Source: a virus
Lineage: Duplodnaviria; Caudoviricetes
Length of the DNA: 64,000 nucleotides
Strand: one strand, 5' to 3'
Virus record (IMG/VR): IMGVR_UViG_3300032030_000067
Location: 5,955-69,954 of that record
In this document: positions 38,970 to 46,685 of the stretch, piece after piece
Layout of the letters: each line of letters begins with the position of its first letter
Numbering within the stretch: the first letter of the stretch is position 1
Translations under genes and position numbers: made by a program
Notes under the pieces: generated by a model
Seen by the model: only the letters and a program-made list of their open reading frames with translations
The model's database searches: none
What the model was told of the DNA's origin: nothing

Positions 38970-39234
38970 AGTTTTATAACCTTACCATTACTTAAAAATA
39001 TTTTCGCATAGAAATCACCTTTTTCGTTGATTCCCATCATATATCTTTTGTAATTCTTAACTTCGGCAAGTTTCTCAAATAATTGTCTTGATTTTTCTTG
39101 CCGTGCTTTCTCTCTTTGTATTTTAGTCATCTCTGTTCTCGATTATAGTATTCATAAAATTTATGCAGACTTCCAAAGCCTGTAAAAGCCTTGTGTCTGC
39201 ATTTGCCTTAATAGCATCCCGTAATTTCTGCAAT

Positions 39235-39399
39235 TCAAGAATTGCTTCTTTTATCCCCATAGTGTTGTTTGACTAAATAAATTAAATCCTTTAGTTCAGC
39301 CTCCATAAGATGATGTCTTATGCAAGTTGTTTTCCATGCCCGTTCAATGAGTTTGACGAGTTCTTTCCTTGACATGTTTTCTATTTTGGAATCTTTCAT
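39235..39399 (-). CDS. Hypothetical protein
   Basis: Start reset to MKDSKIE; the longer track ORF runs through a putative ncRNA. Confidence 0.5.
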   Translation of the reverse strand: MKDSKIENMSRKELVKLIERAWKTTCIRHHLMEAELKDLIYLVKQHYGDKRSNS

Positions 39400-39402
39400 A
39401 AA

Positions 39403-39519
39403 CAAAAAAGGAACGCCGGTGATAAACAAACAAACAATTAAATAACAAAAATATACACCCCTTATAAACGAAAAATATGAAATGAAGTAAATAAACACTA
39501 ACCTATACCCGGCGTTCCT
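39403..39519 (-). ncRNA. Putative small RNA with 11-bp terminal stem and U-rich loop
   Basis: AGGAACGCCGG (39409-39419) and CCGGCGTTCCT (39509-39519) form the stem; a U-tract follows on the minus strand; TATATTTG promoter at 39525-39532. Confidence 0.6.
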
Positions 39520-39533
39520 GTGTGCAAATATAG

Positions 39534-40721
39534 TTAAAATTTATAACTCTCGACCATATTTATTATTTTTTCGTGATAAGGTGTTGTTTTATTCATAAGT
39601 CCTCTTGACTGTAGGACTTTCTTATGCCTTAATCCGAGTTCTATAGTTTCAAGTCTTTCACCTTTCCCGTTTTTTGCGGACAATAATAATGAAGTTTTCA
39701 CATTGTAGTATTTCGCGGAATACACGCAATGGTGCATTGTCGTGCCTTCCTCAAGGACTTCATCTATTGTCATCAGCGGTCTGATGGTAATATCATCTGA
39801 TTTTATGACCACATTCGCATATTTCAGCATTCTTTGGTCATAGTCTCGATGTTTCTCCATCTCATTTTTCTCTTTGATTAATTCAAGCTTATAATTGAAC
39901 TTGTCATGGGATTTTCTCAGATCTGTATAACATACATATTTGGAATTTCTGATGTCATATCCGAGCTCCTCAGCCATTTTGATTGTGTCAAGCCATAATT
40001 GTCCATTTTCAATCTTATAGCCGTTCTTATGGGCTATAAATAGCTGTTTCGCGCGTGATGGAGGAAACATAAACTCACCGTATCTCATAAAAGGACTTGC
40101 ATAACCTATTTTAAGTGCGGTTTCAAACAGGTTGTTTTTCGGAAGAAGAATCATCTCCTGAATTATTGAACATCCGTTCATCATCCTTAATCCAAGTTGC
40201 TTGAACCTGTCTGTGATGTCACGCGACTTTTTGTAAGTTACATAACCTTCATGGTCATAGGTGAAAGAGTAATATGATTGTGCATAATTTCTCTTGACTG
40301 TGAACTCGGAGTCCACACAAAAATCATCAAAGGTCATAGGTCTTCTCCTTTTCCCTATAATAAGTCTGTGTCCATAACCGTCAAAGAAATTTCTGTAAAC
40401 CTCATACATACAATATGTTTCAGGAAATTTTGATTTTCTATGAACATGAATGTAGAAAGTTCTGACAACTTGTATGTCGCCATGCTTCTCAAAAACATTG
40501 TAGGCATACATCTTTTGATGTCTCCGTTCTTCTACAGTTTTCCCATGAATATGGCATTTGAACTTGTAATCAAGAAGAGAACCGCATTTAGAACAATAAT
40601 ATTTCCCACGATTCCTTAATCTCATAGGTTCTAAACCGTCATGTCCGTACTTCTCTTTGGAAGGACAAAGTGTCTTGAATTCTATTCCAAGACACTTTTC
40701 TTTAAATTCCTTGTTTGTCAT
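39534..40721 (-). CDS. PcfJ-like protein
   Basis: EEGTTMHHCVYS...RLETIEL...VLQSRGLMN. Confidence 0.85.
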   Translation of the reverse strand: MTNKEFKEKCLGIEFKTLCPSKEKYGHDGLEPMRLRNRGKYYCSKCGSLLDYKFKCHIHGKTVEERRHQKMYAYNVFEKHGDIQVVRTFYIHVHRKSKFPETYCMYEVYRNFFDGYGHRLIIGKRRRPMTFDDFCVDSEFTVKRNYAQSYYSFTYDHEGYVTYKKSRDITDRFKQLGLRMMNGCSIIQEMILLPKNNLFETALKIGYASPFMRYGEFMFPPSRAKQLFIAHKNGYKIENGQLWLDTIKMAEELGYDIRNSKYVCYTDLRKSHDKFNYKLELIKEKNEMEKHRDYDQRMLKYANVVIKSDDITIRPLMTIDEVLEEGTTMHHCVYSAKYYNVKTSLLLSAKNGKGERLETIELGLRHKKVLQSRGLMNKTTPYHEKIINMVESYKF

Positions 40722-40722
40722 A

Positions 40723-41181
40723 TTAGAATAAGTCTAACTGGTTCTGTTCCACCAATGGTTTGTCAGTTGTTGTATTATTTGCAACAGGTTTAGAAACAGG
40801 TTTGGAGGCAGGTTTCTTTCTCATGGAGTCCATCTGCTCTTTTACAAGACGTTCTATTGCTTCTTTTCTGGCTTCCTCACGTTCTTCTGTAGTTAATTCA
40901 ACTTTGTGGTTAACTACAATATTTAATCCGCTTAAATCCTCTATTTTACCTAAAGCTTCATTAGGCTCGTCATAATAGTGGACAGCCATAGAATATATTT
41001 CATCATCAGTGAAACCCTCACAACCGGATTTCTTCACTGTTGACAAAATATATTTACAGCATCCTTCAATTGATTTATCAGGATGTTTGTTTTCAATGAC
41101 ATCAATACGAGACTTTATATAAGCCTCAATTGTGTCTTGAAATGTTTTAGTGCATTTCCCTTCTTTATTTTGCTTTTCCAT
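40723..41181 (-). CDS. PcfK-like protein
   Basis: KSIEGCCKYI...GFTDDEIYSMAVHYYDE...QLDLF; adjacent to PcfJ. Confidence 0.85.
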   Translation of the reverse strand: MEKQNKEGKCTKTFQDTIEAYIKSRIDVIENKHPDKSIEGCCKYILSTVKKSGCEGFTDDEIYSMAVHYYDEPNEALGKIEDLSGLNIVVNHKVELTTEEREEARKEAIERLVKEQMDSMRKKPASKPVSKPVANNTTTDKPLVEQNQLDLF

Positions 41182-41509
41182 TTTTCAACTTTTTTTCAAT
41201 GTCATTAATTTCTTGTTTGAGCTGTTCTTTTTTATCTTTTAAATACTGAACGCGTAATGCATCTGCAATGGGAAGCATGATTTTATATTGTTCTAAGGCA
41301 AATTCTCTCAATTTGTCTTTGTCAATAAGATTGGCAAAGAAACTATTGCAAACAATATTGCCTTCTTTACCAAGACAAACCCTAGTATTGTTTTCAAAGT
41401 CTATATTCAGCCACTCCAGATTATTATCTTCTTTTTCAATCATTTTTACTTTTTGATTGAATAACTCTTTAAAGAGTTCTGTTGCCAATTTTTCAATTTT
41501 TTCATTCAT
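41165..41509 (-). CDS. Hypothetical protein
   Basis: 114-aa ORF. Confidence 0.6.
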   Translation of the reverse strand: MNEKIEKLATELFKELFNQKVKMIEKEDNNLEWLNIDFENNTRVCLGKEGNIVCNSFFANLIDKDKLREFALEQYKIMLPIADALRVQYLKDKKEQLKQEINDIEKKLKNGKAK

Positions 41510-42053
41510 GATTTAAGGTGTTAAATAAATTATCAAGAAAGGTGTTCATAAAACGATACGCTTTAGTCACATCAATAGTGAAATCCTCATTCAGACAGTT
41601 TACTTTGATATGACTTTCAAATTGAGTCATCCGCTCAAGGATGTTCTTAATCTTCACATTGTCCTTGGCGAACATTTTGTTCCATAAGCCATTGCCTGTT
41701 AGTAATAAATATCTCACTACCAGACCTTTGGCAGACAGGTCAATACAATCATAGGACAGCTTTGTAACCAGTTCTGAATAGAATGAATTATAGATTGAGT
41801 CCAATGACCATTCAATACTATCTGCATTATCTATGGCTATTTGGTTAATCTCACTGAATTCTTCTTTGCCTAATAACCTTGAAAAGCTTTTGTCAAAGTC
41901 ATTGAAGGCTTCAAACACTATAAGTTTTTCAGCCCTGTTTTTGCCTTTTACAAGGTCAAGGTTGGCAAATTCATTAAACTTGTCACGAGCAAGCCTTACA
42001 CATACCATAATGAGGTGCAAGGCTTGCTTTTTAGTAATTTGCATGACTAACAC
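41502..42053 (-). CDS. Hypothetical protein
   Basis: 183-aa ORF. Confidence 0.65.
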   Translation of the reverse strand: MLVMQITKKQALHLIMVCVRLARDKFNEFANLDLVKGKNRAEKLIVFEAFNDFDKSFSRLLGKEEFSEINQIAIDNADSIEWSLDSIYNSFYSELVTKLSYDCIDLSAKGLVVRYLLLTGNGLWNKMFAKDNVKIKNILERMTQFESHIKVNCLNEDFTIDVTKAYRFMNTFLDNLFNTLNHE

Positions 42054-42295
42054 AATACGGGTTGACCAAGGAATACATCCTTGACATCACTATAGATATA
42101 AATCTTACCGGTAGAAGAGATTTCAATGGGTCTTTTGCGCAAATTGCGCATTTCCTCCTTGATTTCTTCCTCAACTCTCCTTCTGCGGATTTCAAGAGCG
42201 CCTAAATGGTTTTCTTTGTCCATCTCCAAGACAGTTTTGTGGATTTGGGAAGATGATACTTCCATTTTCTTAACTTTGATTCTTTTTCTTTTCAT
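42047..42295 (-). CDS. Hypothetical basic protein
   Basis: 82-aa ORF with A-rich leader. Confidence 0.55.
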   Translation of the reverse strand: MKRKRIKVKKMEVSSSQIHKTVLEMDKENHLGALEIRRRRVEEEIKEEMRNLRKRPIEISSTGKIYIYSDVKDVFLGQPVLC

Positions 42296-42628
42296 AATTG
42301 TTTGTTTTAAAAGGTTAATAATGCTTTATAATCTATAGCAAGCTATATGTACGCCTGTTAGTTGTTCGAATAAATACATGATGTTGATAAACATAGGAAG
42401 ATTTTCCTCCTGAATATCTATTACTTCTATATTCTCTTTGTATTGTAACTGAAATTTCATTCCTTACTAATATTTAATTATATGAAATTGTGTTTCTGAA
42501 TAATCATTTATCTTTTCCAATAAAAGATTCATAGTCTTTCTAGATGGTCTTGAACCTTCCCATTTATAAGTAAATCTTTCATTTACTATTTCTCCGGAAC
42601 TTAACCAAGAATACCATTTATTGGCATT

Positions 42629-42814
42629 CTATCCAGCAAACATTATAACAGTTTTCTTTTTTTCATCTTTAGAAACAAATTTGATATTTAATCTATAACA
42701 ATCAGATTTAAATTCATCAATCCTATAATTTTCTAAAATAAAAAATAATGTTTTATCCAAAATCCTATCTATAGGATTCAAAAAACTTGTTAAAAACGAA
42801 ATTTTTCTTTTCAT
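42629..42814 (-). CDS. Hypothetical protein
   Basis: 61-aa AT-rich ORF downstream of the tRNA. Confidence 0.45.
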   Translation of the reverse strand: MKRKISFLTSFLNPIDRILDKTLFFILENYRIDEFKSDCYRLNIKFVSKDEKKKTVIMFAG

Positions 42815-42850
42815 AACTATTGATTTTAAATTAATTTAGGCTATATATAA

Positions 42851-42925
42851 TGGTACCCCTGGGTTGAATCAAACAACCATCTGAAGTGTAGGAAACTTCC
42901 GTTCTATTCGTTGAACTACAGGGGC
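42851..42925 (-). tRNA. tRNA-Arg(CCU) with encoded CCA
   Basis: Cloverleaf GCCCCTG-TA-GTTC-AACGAATA-GAAC-G-GAAGT-TTCCTAC-ACTTC-AGAT-GGTTG-TTTGATT-CAACC-CAGGGGT-A-CCA. Confidence 0.85.
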
Positions 42926-42929
42926 AAAA

Positions 42930-43036
42930 ATGTTGTTGTCATGATTTTACATGAATCTTCGGCATAACAACCTGCCAACCATTTGGCGTTCTTTAACGTT
43001 GTACTTTCCAATGTTTTATTTAAACTACAACAACAT
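42930..43036 (-). ncRNA. Putative structured RNA closed by a 10-bp terminal stem
   Basis: ATGTTGTTGT (42930-42939) and ACAACAACAT (43027-43036), between the tRNAs. Confidence 0.4.
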
Positions 43037-43038
43037 AA

Positions 43039-43103
43039 AGGAACGGCAAAAAACTCAATAACCCTTTTATGGCAAAATAAAGTAATATGACCTTGCCGTT
43101 CCT
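43039..43103 (-). ncRNA. Putative small RNA with 11-bp terminal stem and U-rich loop
   Basis: AGGAACGGCAA and TTGCCGTTCCT; shares the AGGAACG start with the 39.4-kb element. Confidence 0.55.
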
Positions 43104-43108
43104 AATAG

Positions 43109-43183
43109 TGGTTCCACTTGGGCTCGAACCAAGGACCTACTGATTATGAGTCAGTTGCTACTAACCAACTGAGCTATGGAACC
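43109..43183 (-). tRNA. tRNA with CAU anticodon (probably Ile2, possibly Met)
   Basis: GGTTCCATAGCTCAGTTGGTTAGTAGCAACTGA-CTCATAA-TCAGTAGGTCCTTGGTTCGAGCCCAAGTGGAACCA. Confidence 0.9.
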
Positions 43184-43186
43184 ATT

Positions 43187-43269
43187 TGGGGAGTCCGCCT
43201 CTCCCCATACCAAACAATTAACAATAAACCCTTTTTATGGAAAGAACGCCACCGGCGGATAATGGCGTT
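43187..43269 (-). ncRNA. Putative two-hairpin RNA with complementary loops, leading the tRNA operon
   Basis: Hairpins at 43187-43207 and 43245-43269; loop segments TCCGCC and GGCGGA are complementary. Confidence 0.5.
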
Positions 43270-43270
43270 G

Positions 43271-43278
43271 CAAAGATA
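43271..43278 (-). promoter_or_regulatory. Bacteroidota-type -7 promoter (TATCTTTG) for the ncRNA/tRNA cluster
   Basis: TAGTATCTTTGCAAC on the minus strand, immediately before the cluster. Confidence 0.7.
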
Positions 43279-43283
43279 CTAAA

Positions 43284-43490
43284 TTAATCATCATCATTAT
43301 CATGATACGGATTGTAATCTTCCGCATCAAAAATATCAGCAGCCCTAAGAACTTTATACCTTACATGATATATATTACAAATTCTTGGCTTATCAAATAT
43401 TCCCCATTCTACAGCACATTCCGCAATATCATCAAATGTTATCTTACAATCTTCTTTTTCCCATTCTATCTTGAATTCTTCTTTAGTCAT
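43284..43490 (-). CDS. Hypothetical acidic protein
   Basis: 68-aa ORF. Confidence 0.6.
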   Translation of the reverse strand: MTKEEFKIEWEKEDCKITFDDIAECAVEWGIFDKPRICNIYHVRYKVLRAADIFDAEDYNPYHDNDDD

Positions 43491-43959
43491 CTTGTCTCCT
43501 TTCCACCCACCATAAGAAATTGGTCACACTCGGCAACCATTTCTCATATATCGAATATTTTTGATTCAACGAATCCTTCATATCCTGTTCGGCACTTACA
43601 TAGGCAGCCCATTCACGATGGATTTCGTAAAATAGAGCAGAATCACAATCTACGATAATATATTCTCCATACCATTTGTCCATTTCACACCAATGTGCGA
43701 GATTATCGTAGTCATATCTGTCAGGATCATTGTATTCGATGAAATAACTTTCCGACAGCACCATATCTTCTATGCAATCAAAGTTAAATGAACTTTTCTT
43801 GTGACAATATACGACAGAATCAATACTGTCTGTTTCACGAACAGTCCTGTTATCTTGCGGTTTTCTTTCACATCCAAACGAGCAGAAAACCACGGAACCT
43901 AATGCCAATACGCCAATCGTAATGATTATGGCAATCCAAATTTTATCACTTTTCTTCAT
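43483..43959 (-). CDS. Membrane-anchored or lipoprotein-like protein
   Basis: MKK followed by a hydrophobic helix and Cys; acidic soluble domain. Confidence 0.65.
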   Translation of the reverse strand: MKKSDKIWIAIIITIGVLALGSVVFCSFGCERKPQDNRTVRETDSIDSVVYCHKKSSFNFDCIEDMVLSESYFIEYNDPDRYDYDNLAHWCEMDKWYGEYIIVDCDSALFYEIHREWAAYVSAEQDMKDSLNQKYSIYEKWLPSVTNFLWWVERRQDD

Positions 43960-44220
43960 TTTTTCATTTGTTTAAATCAATAATCACACTTAACTTATTT
44001 TTAGACATTCTCCCGCTATATATTTCTCGGAACAACTTACTACCCCACTTATTATTTATCTCCTCACAAACAAGCTAAAAATGGCCTTATTTGATGTATC
44101 CCGTAATCTCCTCTCCACTCAAGAAAGCAAATTCACGGAATTTTGCCCGAAATTTATTTTTTTTTTTTTTTTTTGGACGAAGGTCACAGAGGATTTTTCC
44201 TTTCTTTGCTTACGTTTATT

Positions 44221-44440
44221 ATTAGATAGTCTTATAATATGAACGTAGTGAATATTATTAGAGTATCTTATAATAAACTATGTTTCTTTTAATGGAAATA
44301 TGATATAAGTATATATACGAGATATTATGAACGTAGTGAATAATATAGAGTAAATATATACTTATACCTATTATCTATTATGAACGTAGTGAATAATAGT
44401 ATATAAATATAATTAATACATATACGCGTGCGCGCGCGCG
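44221..44440. repeat. Three TATGAACGTAGTGAATA hairpin repeats in an AT-rich region, plus an alternating purine-pyrimidine tract; origin- or promoter-like
   Basis: GAACGTAGTGA at 44241, 44329 and 44382, each centred in an inverted repeat; (RY)n tract at 44416-44440. Confidence 0.7.
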
Positions 44441-44760
44441 ATCTTAATATAGTATATATACTAAGGGGATTTTTGTGTATTTGCATTTCGGCAATTCCCC
44501 TTTTTGGTAAAAATGTGATGACCGCAGTGCTACACTTGAGATACTTTATCTCAAATAACTTACACTTCTAATTCTTCAGAATATAGAGTATAAATTATAA
44601 TCTTATATCGTACGCGTTGTATCACGCACCTAACGCACATTGCGTATTAAACTGTCCGAATGCAGACAGCATTTTCTGTTGGCACCACGGCCACCACATT
44701 TGTTTCTTATTCACAGAATTCCGTATAACATTCCCCACATTTATTTTTATTAGGGAAAAG

Positions 44761-44784
44761 GACCAGCGCTGTTACACGCTGGTC
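44761..44784 (-). terminator. Probable intrinsic terminator
   Basis: GACCAGCG-N8-CGCTGGTC, followed by CTTTT on the minus strand, downstream of the stop at 44795. Confidence 0.6.
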
Positions 44785-44794
44785 ACTTGTGGCA

Positions 44795-45526
44795 TTAGTC
44801 CAAATCTACGGACACTCTTTCCGCTTTTTGTTCTAACACGCTTTCCGCAATACCCTCTGCGACACTCGGTTTTTCGAGTTCTTTGGATTTTGCAGTCCAC
44901 ACTCTGTGTTCTGCTCTTTCTGACAGCACCTGCCAAGCCCTGAAAATAGGCATTTCGTTGGCACCAGCCTTGTCTTTTGCGCCAAGAACTCTGGTCTTTC
45001 CAGTGGTATAGTCCTTAACAACAGTTTCTCCGCTTGCGGTCTTTACCTGTTGGAATTTCATACCATTGCCGCTTTCATCGAAATAAGACATGACAAACTG
45101 GATATAACCTGTTCCGCAAACCTCACAATCCGGGTCTGCACTTGCTGCGTCAGCCAGTTCTTCGAGAGAATAGAAAGACGCATTTTCGCTCGGGGAAAGA
45201 ATTCCGTTCGTGCTAATACATTCGTCTTTCGAGCAGACTTTCATCTTGCCGTTCTCCATAACTGCGAAAAGTCCAAAAGTCTGGAACAGGTCTGCCCGAA
45301 GCAGCTCGAAACTCATAAATGTGAATACCACATTTTCCATCTCGAAACTTCTTTCACTTGCAATGCCGTTTCTTCTCATAACATTGCTCTCACCCAGAAC
45401 TCTCGCCATTTTGTTGCGTACAACATACGAATAGTACCTTACGCCGTCTTTTTCTGAAATGAAAAATGTGCAATTCGGGTGGTTTGCACTTGCACTTGTC
45501 TTGCCGAATACTAAATTTGCAATCAT
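44795..45526 (-). CDS. Hypothetical early protein
   Basis: 243-aa ORF with A-rich leader and its own terminator. Confidence 0.7.
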   Translation of the reverse strand: MIANLVFGKTSASANHPNCTFFISEKDGVRYYSYVVRNKMARVLGESNVMRRNGIASERSFEMENVVFTFMSFELLRADLFQTFGLFAVMENGKMKVCSKDECISTNGILSPSENASFYSLEELADAASADPDCEVCGTGYIQFVMSYFDESGNGMKFQQVKTASGETVVKDYTTGKTRVLGAKDKAGANEMPIFRAWQVLSERAEHRVWTAKSKELEKPSVAEGIAESVLEQKAERVSVDLD

Positions 45527-45645
45527 AATAATAGAATTTAAAGTTAATAAAATAAATTAAACGAACAGAACTTCCTCTGCTCTCTCTCGGTTATCCTGGA
45601 AATTTTCCATGCCCTAGTTCCCGTTTTGGGTAAAAGAAAAAACCA

Positions 45646-45984
45646 CTACTTTGTTGTAGTGGTCTTTCCTTTGTATTCCTTGCCCAATTTCTTGCAGATG
45701 TCTGCAGAGATTTCAGGTCCGAGATAGCTTCGATATTCCTTTCCTGTCTTTGCAGACACGCGTACCACAAAGCAACTGCCTGTGCCTGCGCTCATAAGAA
45801 TAGGATAGGTCTTGCCTTTAGAGTCTTGCCAGTTGTAGCCCGTATTTATGGGTTCTGCAGATACTCTTGTCGAAATGCTCACACTCTTGTAAGTGTTGCC
45901 TTCAACCTTGTACGCCGTTTCTTGTGCTTGTGCGCCAATTAAAATACAAACCAGCGCGATTAATGTTAACATTACTCTTTTCAT
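45646..45984 (-). CDS. Secreted or periplasmic hypothetical protein
   Basis: Sec-type signal peptide MKRVMLTLIALVCILIGAQA|Q. Confidence 0.7.
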   Translation of the reverse strand: MKRVMLTLIALVCILIGAQAQETAYKVEGNTYKSVSISTRVSAEPINTGYNWQDSKGKTYPILMSAGTGSCFVVRVSAKTGKEYRSYLGPEISADICKKLGKEYKGKTTTTK

Positions 45985-46084
45985 AACTTCTATGTTTTGA
46001 TGATTAAAGTTTACAACAGTGGACTCCCCACTGCCTCCCTGCTATCCAATTGATTTCCCCTGTCCTCGTGCTCGTTTCTTTCGT

Positions 46085-46222
46085 GTCTCTGTTTTTCCGC
46101 GCCCGAAAATTTTTTTCCCGAACACTTCGACCAGGGGGGGGACTCCGAAAAAAAATTTTCACCCGCCGCCCCGGCGGGAGGGTATTCCACGCACTCTCTA
46201 TGACTATACATTTTTTCCGCGC
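46085..46222. other. GC-rich divergence point, candidate genome end or packaging site
   Basis: G8 run (46134-46141) flanked by a 12-bp inverted repeat (46105-46116 and 46149-46160); TTTTTCCGCGC occurs twice; strand-switch point. Confidence 0.45.
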
Positions 46223-46299
46223 ATTCTCAACAACTCTGTAATTTTGATGAGATTTGGGATGGTTTCATAATGTTTCTGAAAAAAAGTTTTGTGATTGTG

Positions 46300-46330
46300 T
46301 TTGGGATTCAGAAAAAAATGTATATCTTTG
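46300..46330 (+). promoter_or_regulatory. Bacteroidota sigma-A promoter for the packaging/structural module
   Basis: TTTG-N19-TATCTTTG consensus. Confidence 0.75.
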
Positions 46331-46357
46331 CGGGGATTAAAAAATTTTTATTGCGAT

Positions 46358-46684
46358 ATGGATATAGTAAAGACATTTGTATGTGACGGCAAGGGATATT
46401 ACGAGAGGCATTTGCGGATCATGAATGCTATGTTACCTGTGATGATGACTGAGAAGGAGATAGAGTTTTTGGGTTGCTGGATGTATTTTGGTGGTGGGGA
46501 GATGGATGAGAGGATAAAGGGGTTGGTCAAGGAATGCATGGGTTTGAGTGCGAGCGGGTTTTCAAATTACATGAGCGGTTTGAGGAAGAAGGGATTTGTG
46601 AGGGGTGATGAGATATGGAGGAGATTGCTGATAGATTCTGACGAGCAGAGGTACGGCATAAGGATAATCAGGGAGGAGGAGTAG
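46358..46684 (+). CDS. Hypothetical protein, possibly winged-helix DNA-binding
   Basis: Start moved to the ATG after the promoter; MGLSASGFSNYMSGLRKKGFV resembles an HTH. Confidence 0.6.
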   Translation: MDIVKTFVCDGKGYYERHLRIMNAMLPVMMTEKEIEFLGCWMYFGGGEMDERIKGLVKECMGLSASGFSNYMSGLRKKGFVRGDEIWRRLLIDSDEQRYGIRIIREEE

Positions 46685-46685
46685 T

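Noticed and set aside
39400-39498. N-terminal hydrophobic extension of ORF 39235-39498
   Set aside because: It is the translation of the U-rich ncRNA-like loop; a better ATG lies at 39399
44221-44400. CRISPR array formed by the GAACGTAGTGA repeats
   Set aside because: Repeats are short and unevenly spaced (88 and 53 nt), and the intervening DNA forms the hairpin arms
44617-44943. 108-aa plus-strand ORF
   Set aside because: TTG start, overlaps a terminator and a better minus-strand gene
46011-46270. Short ORFs across the strand-switch region
   Set aside because: Low-complexity translations of a GC-rich regulatory or terminal sequence
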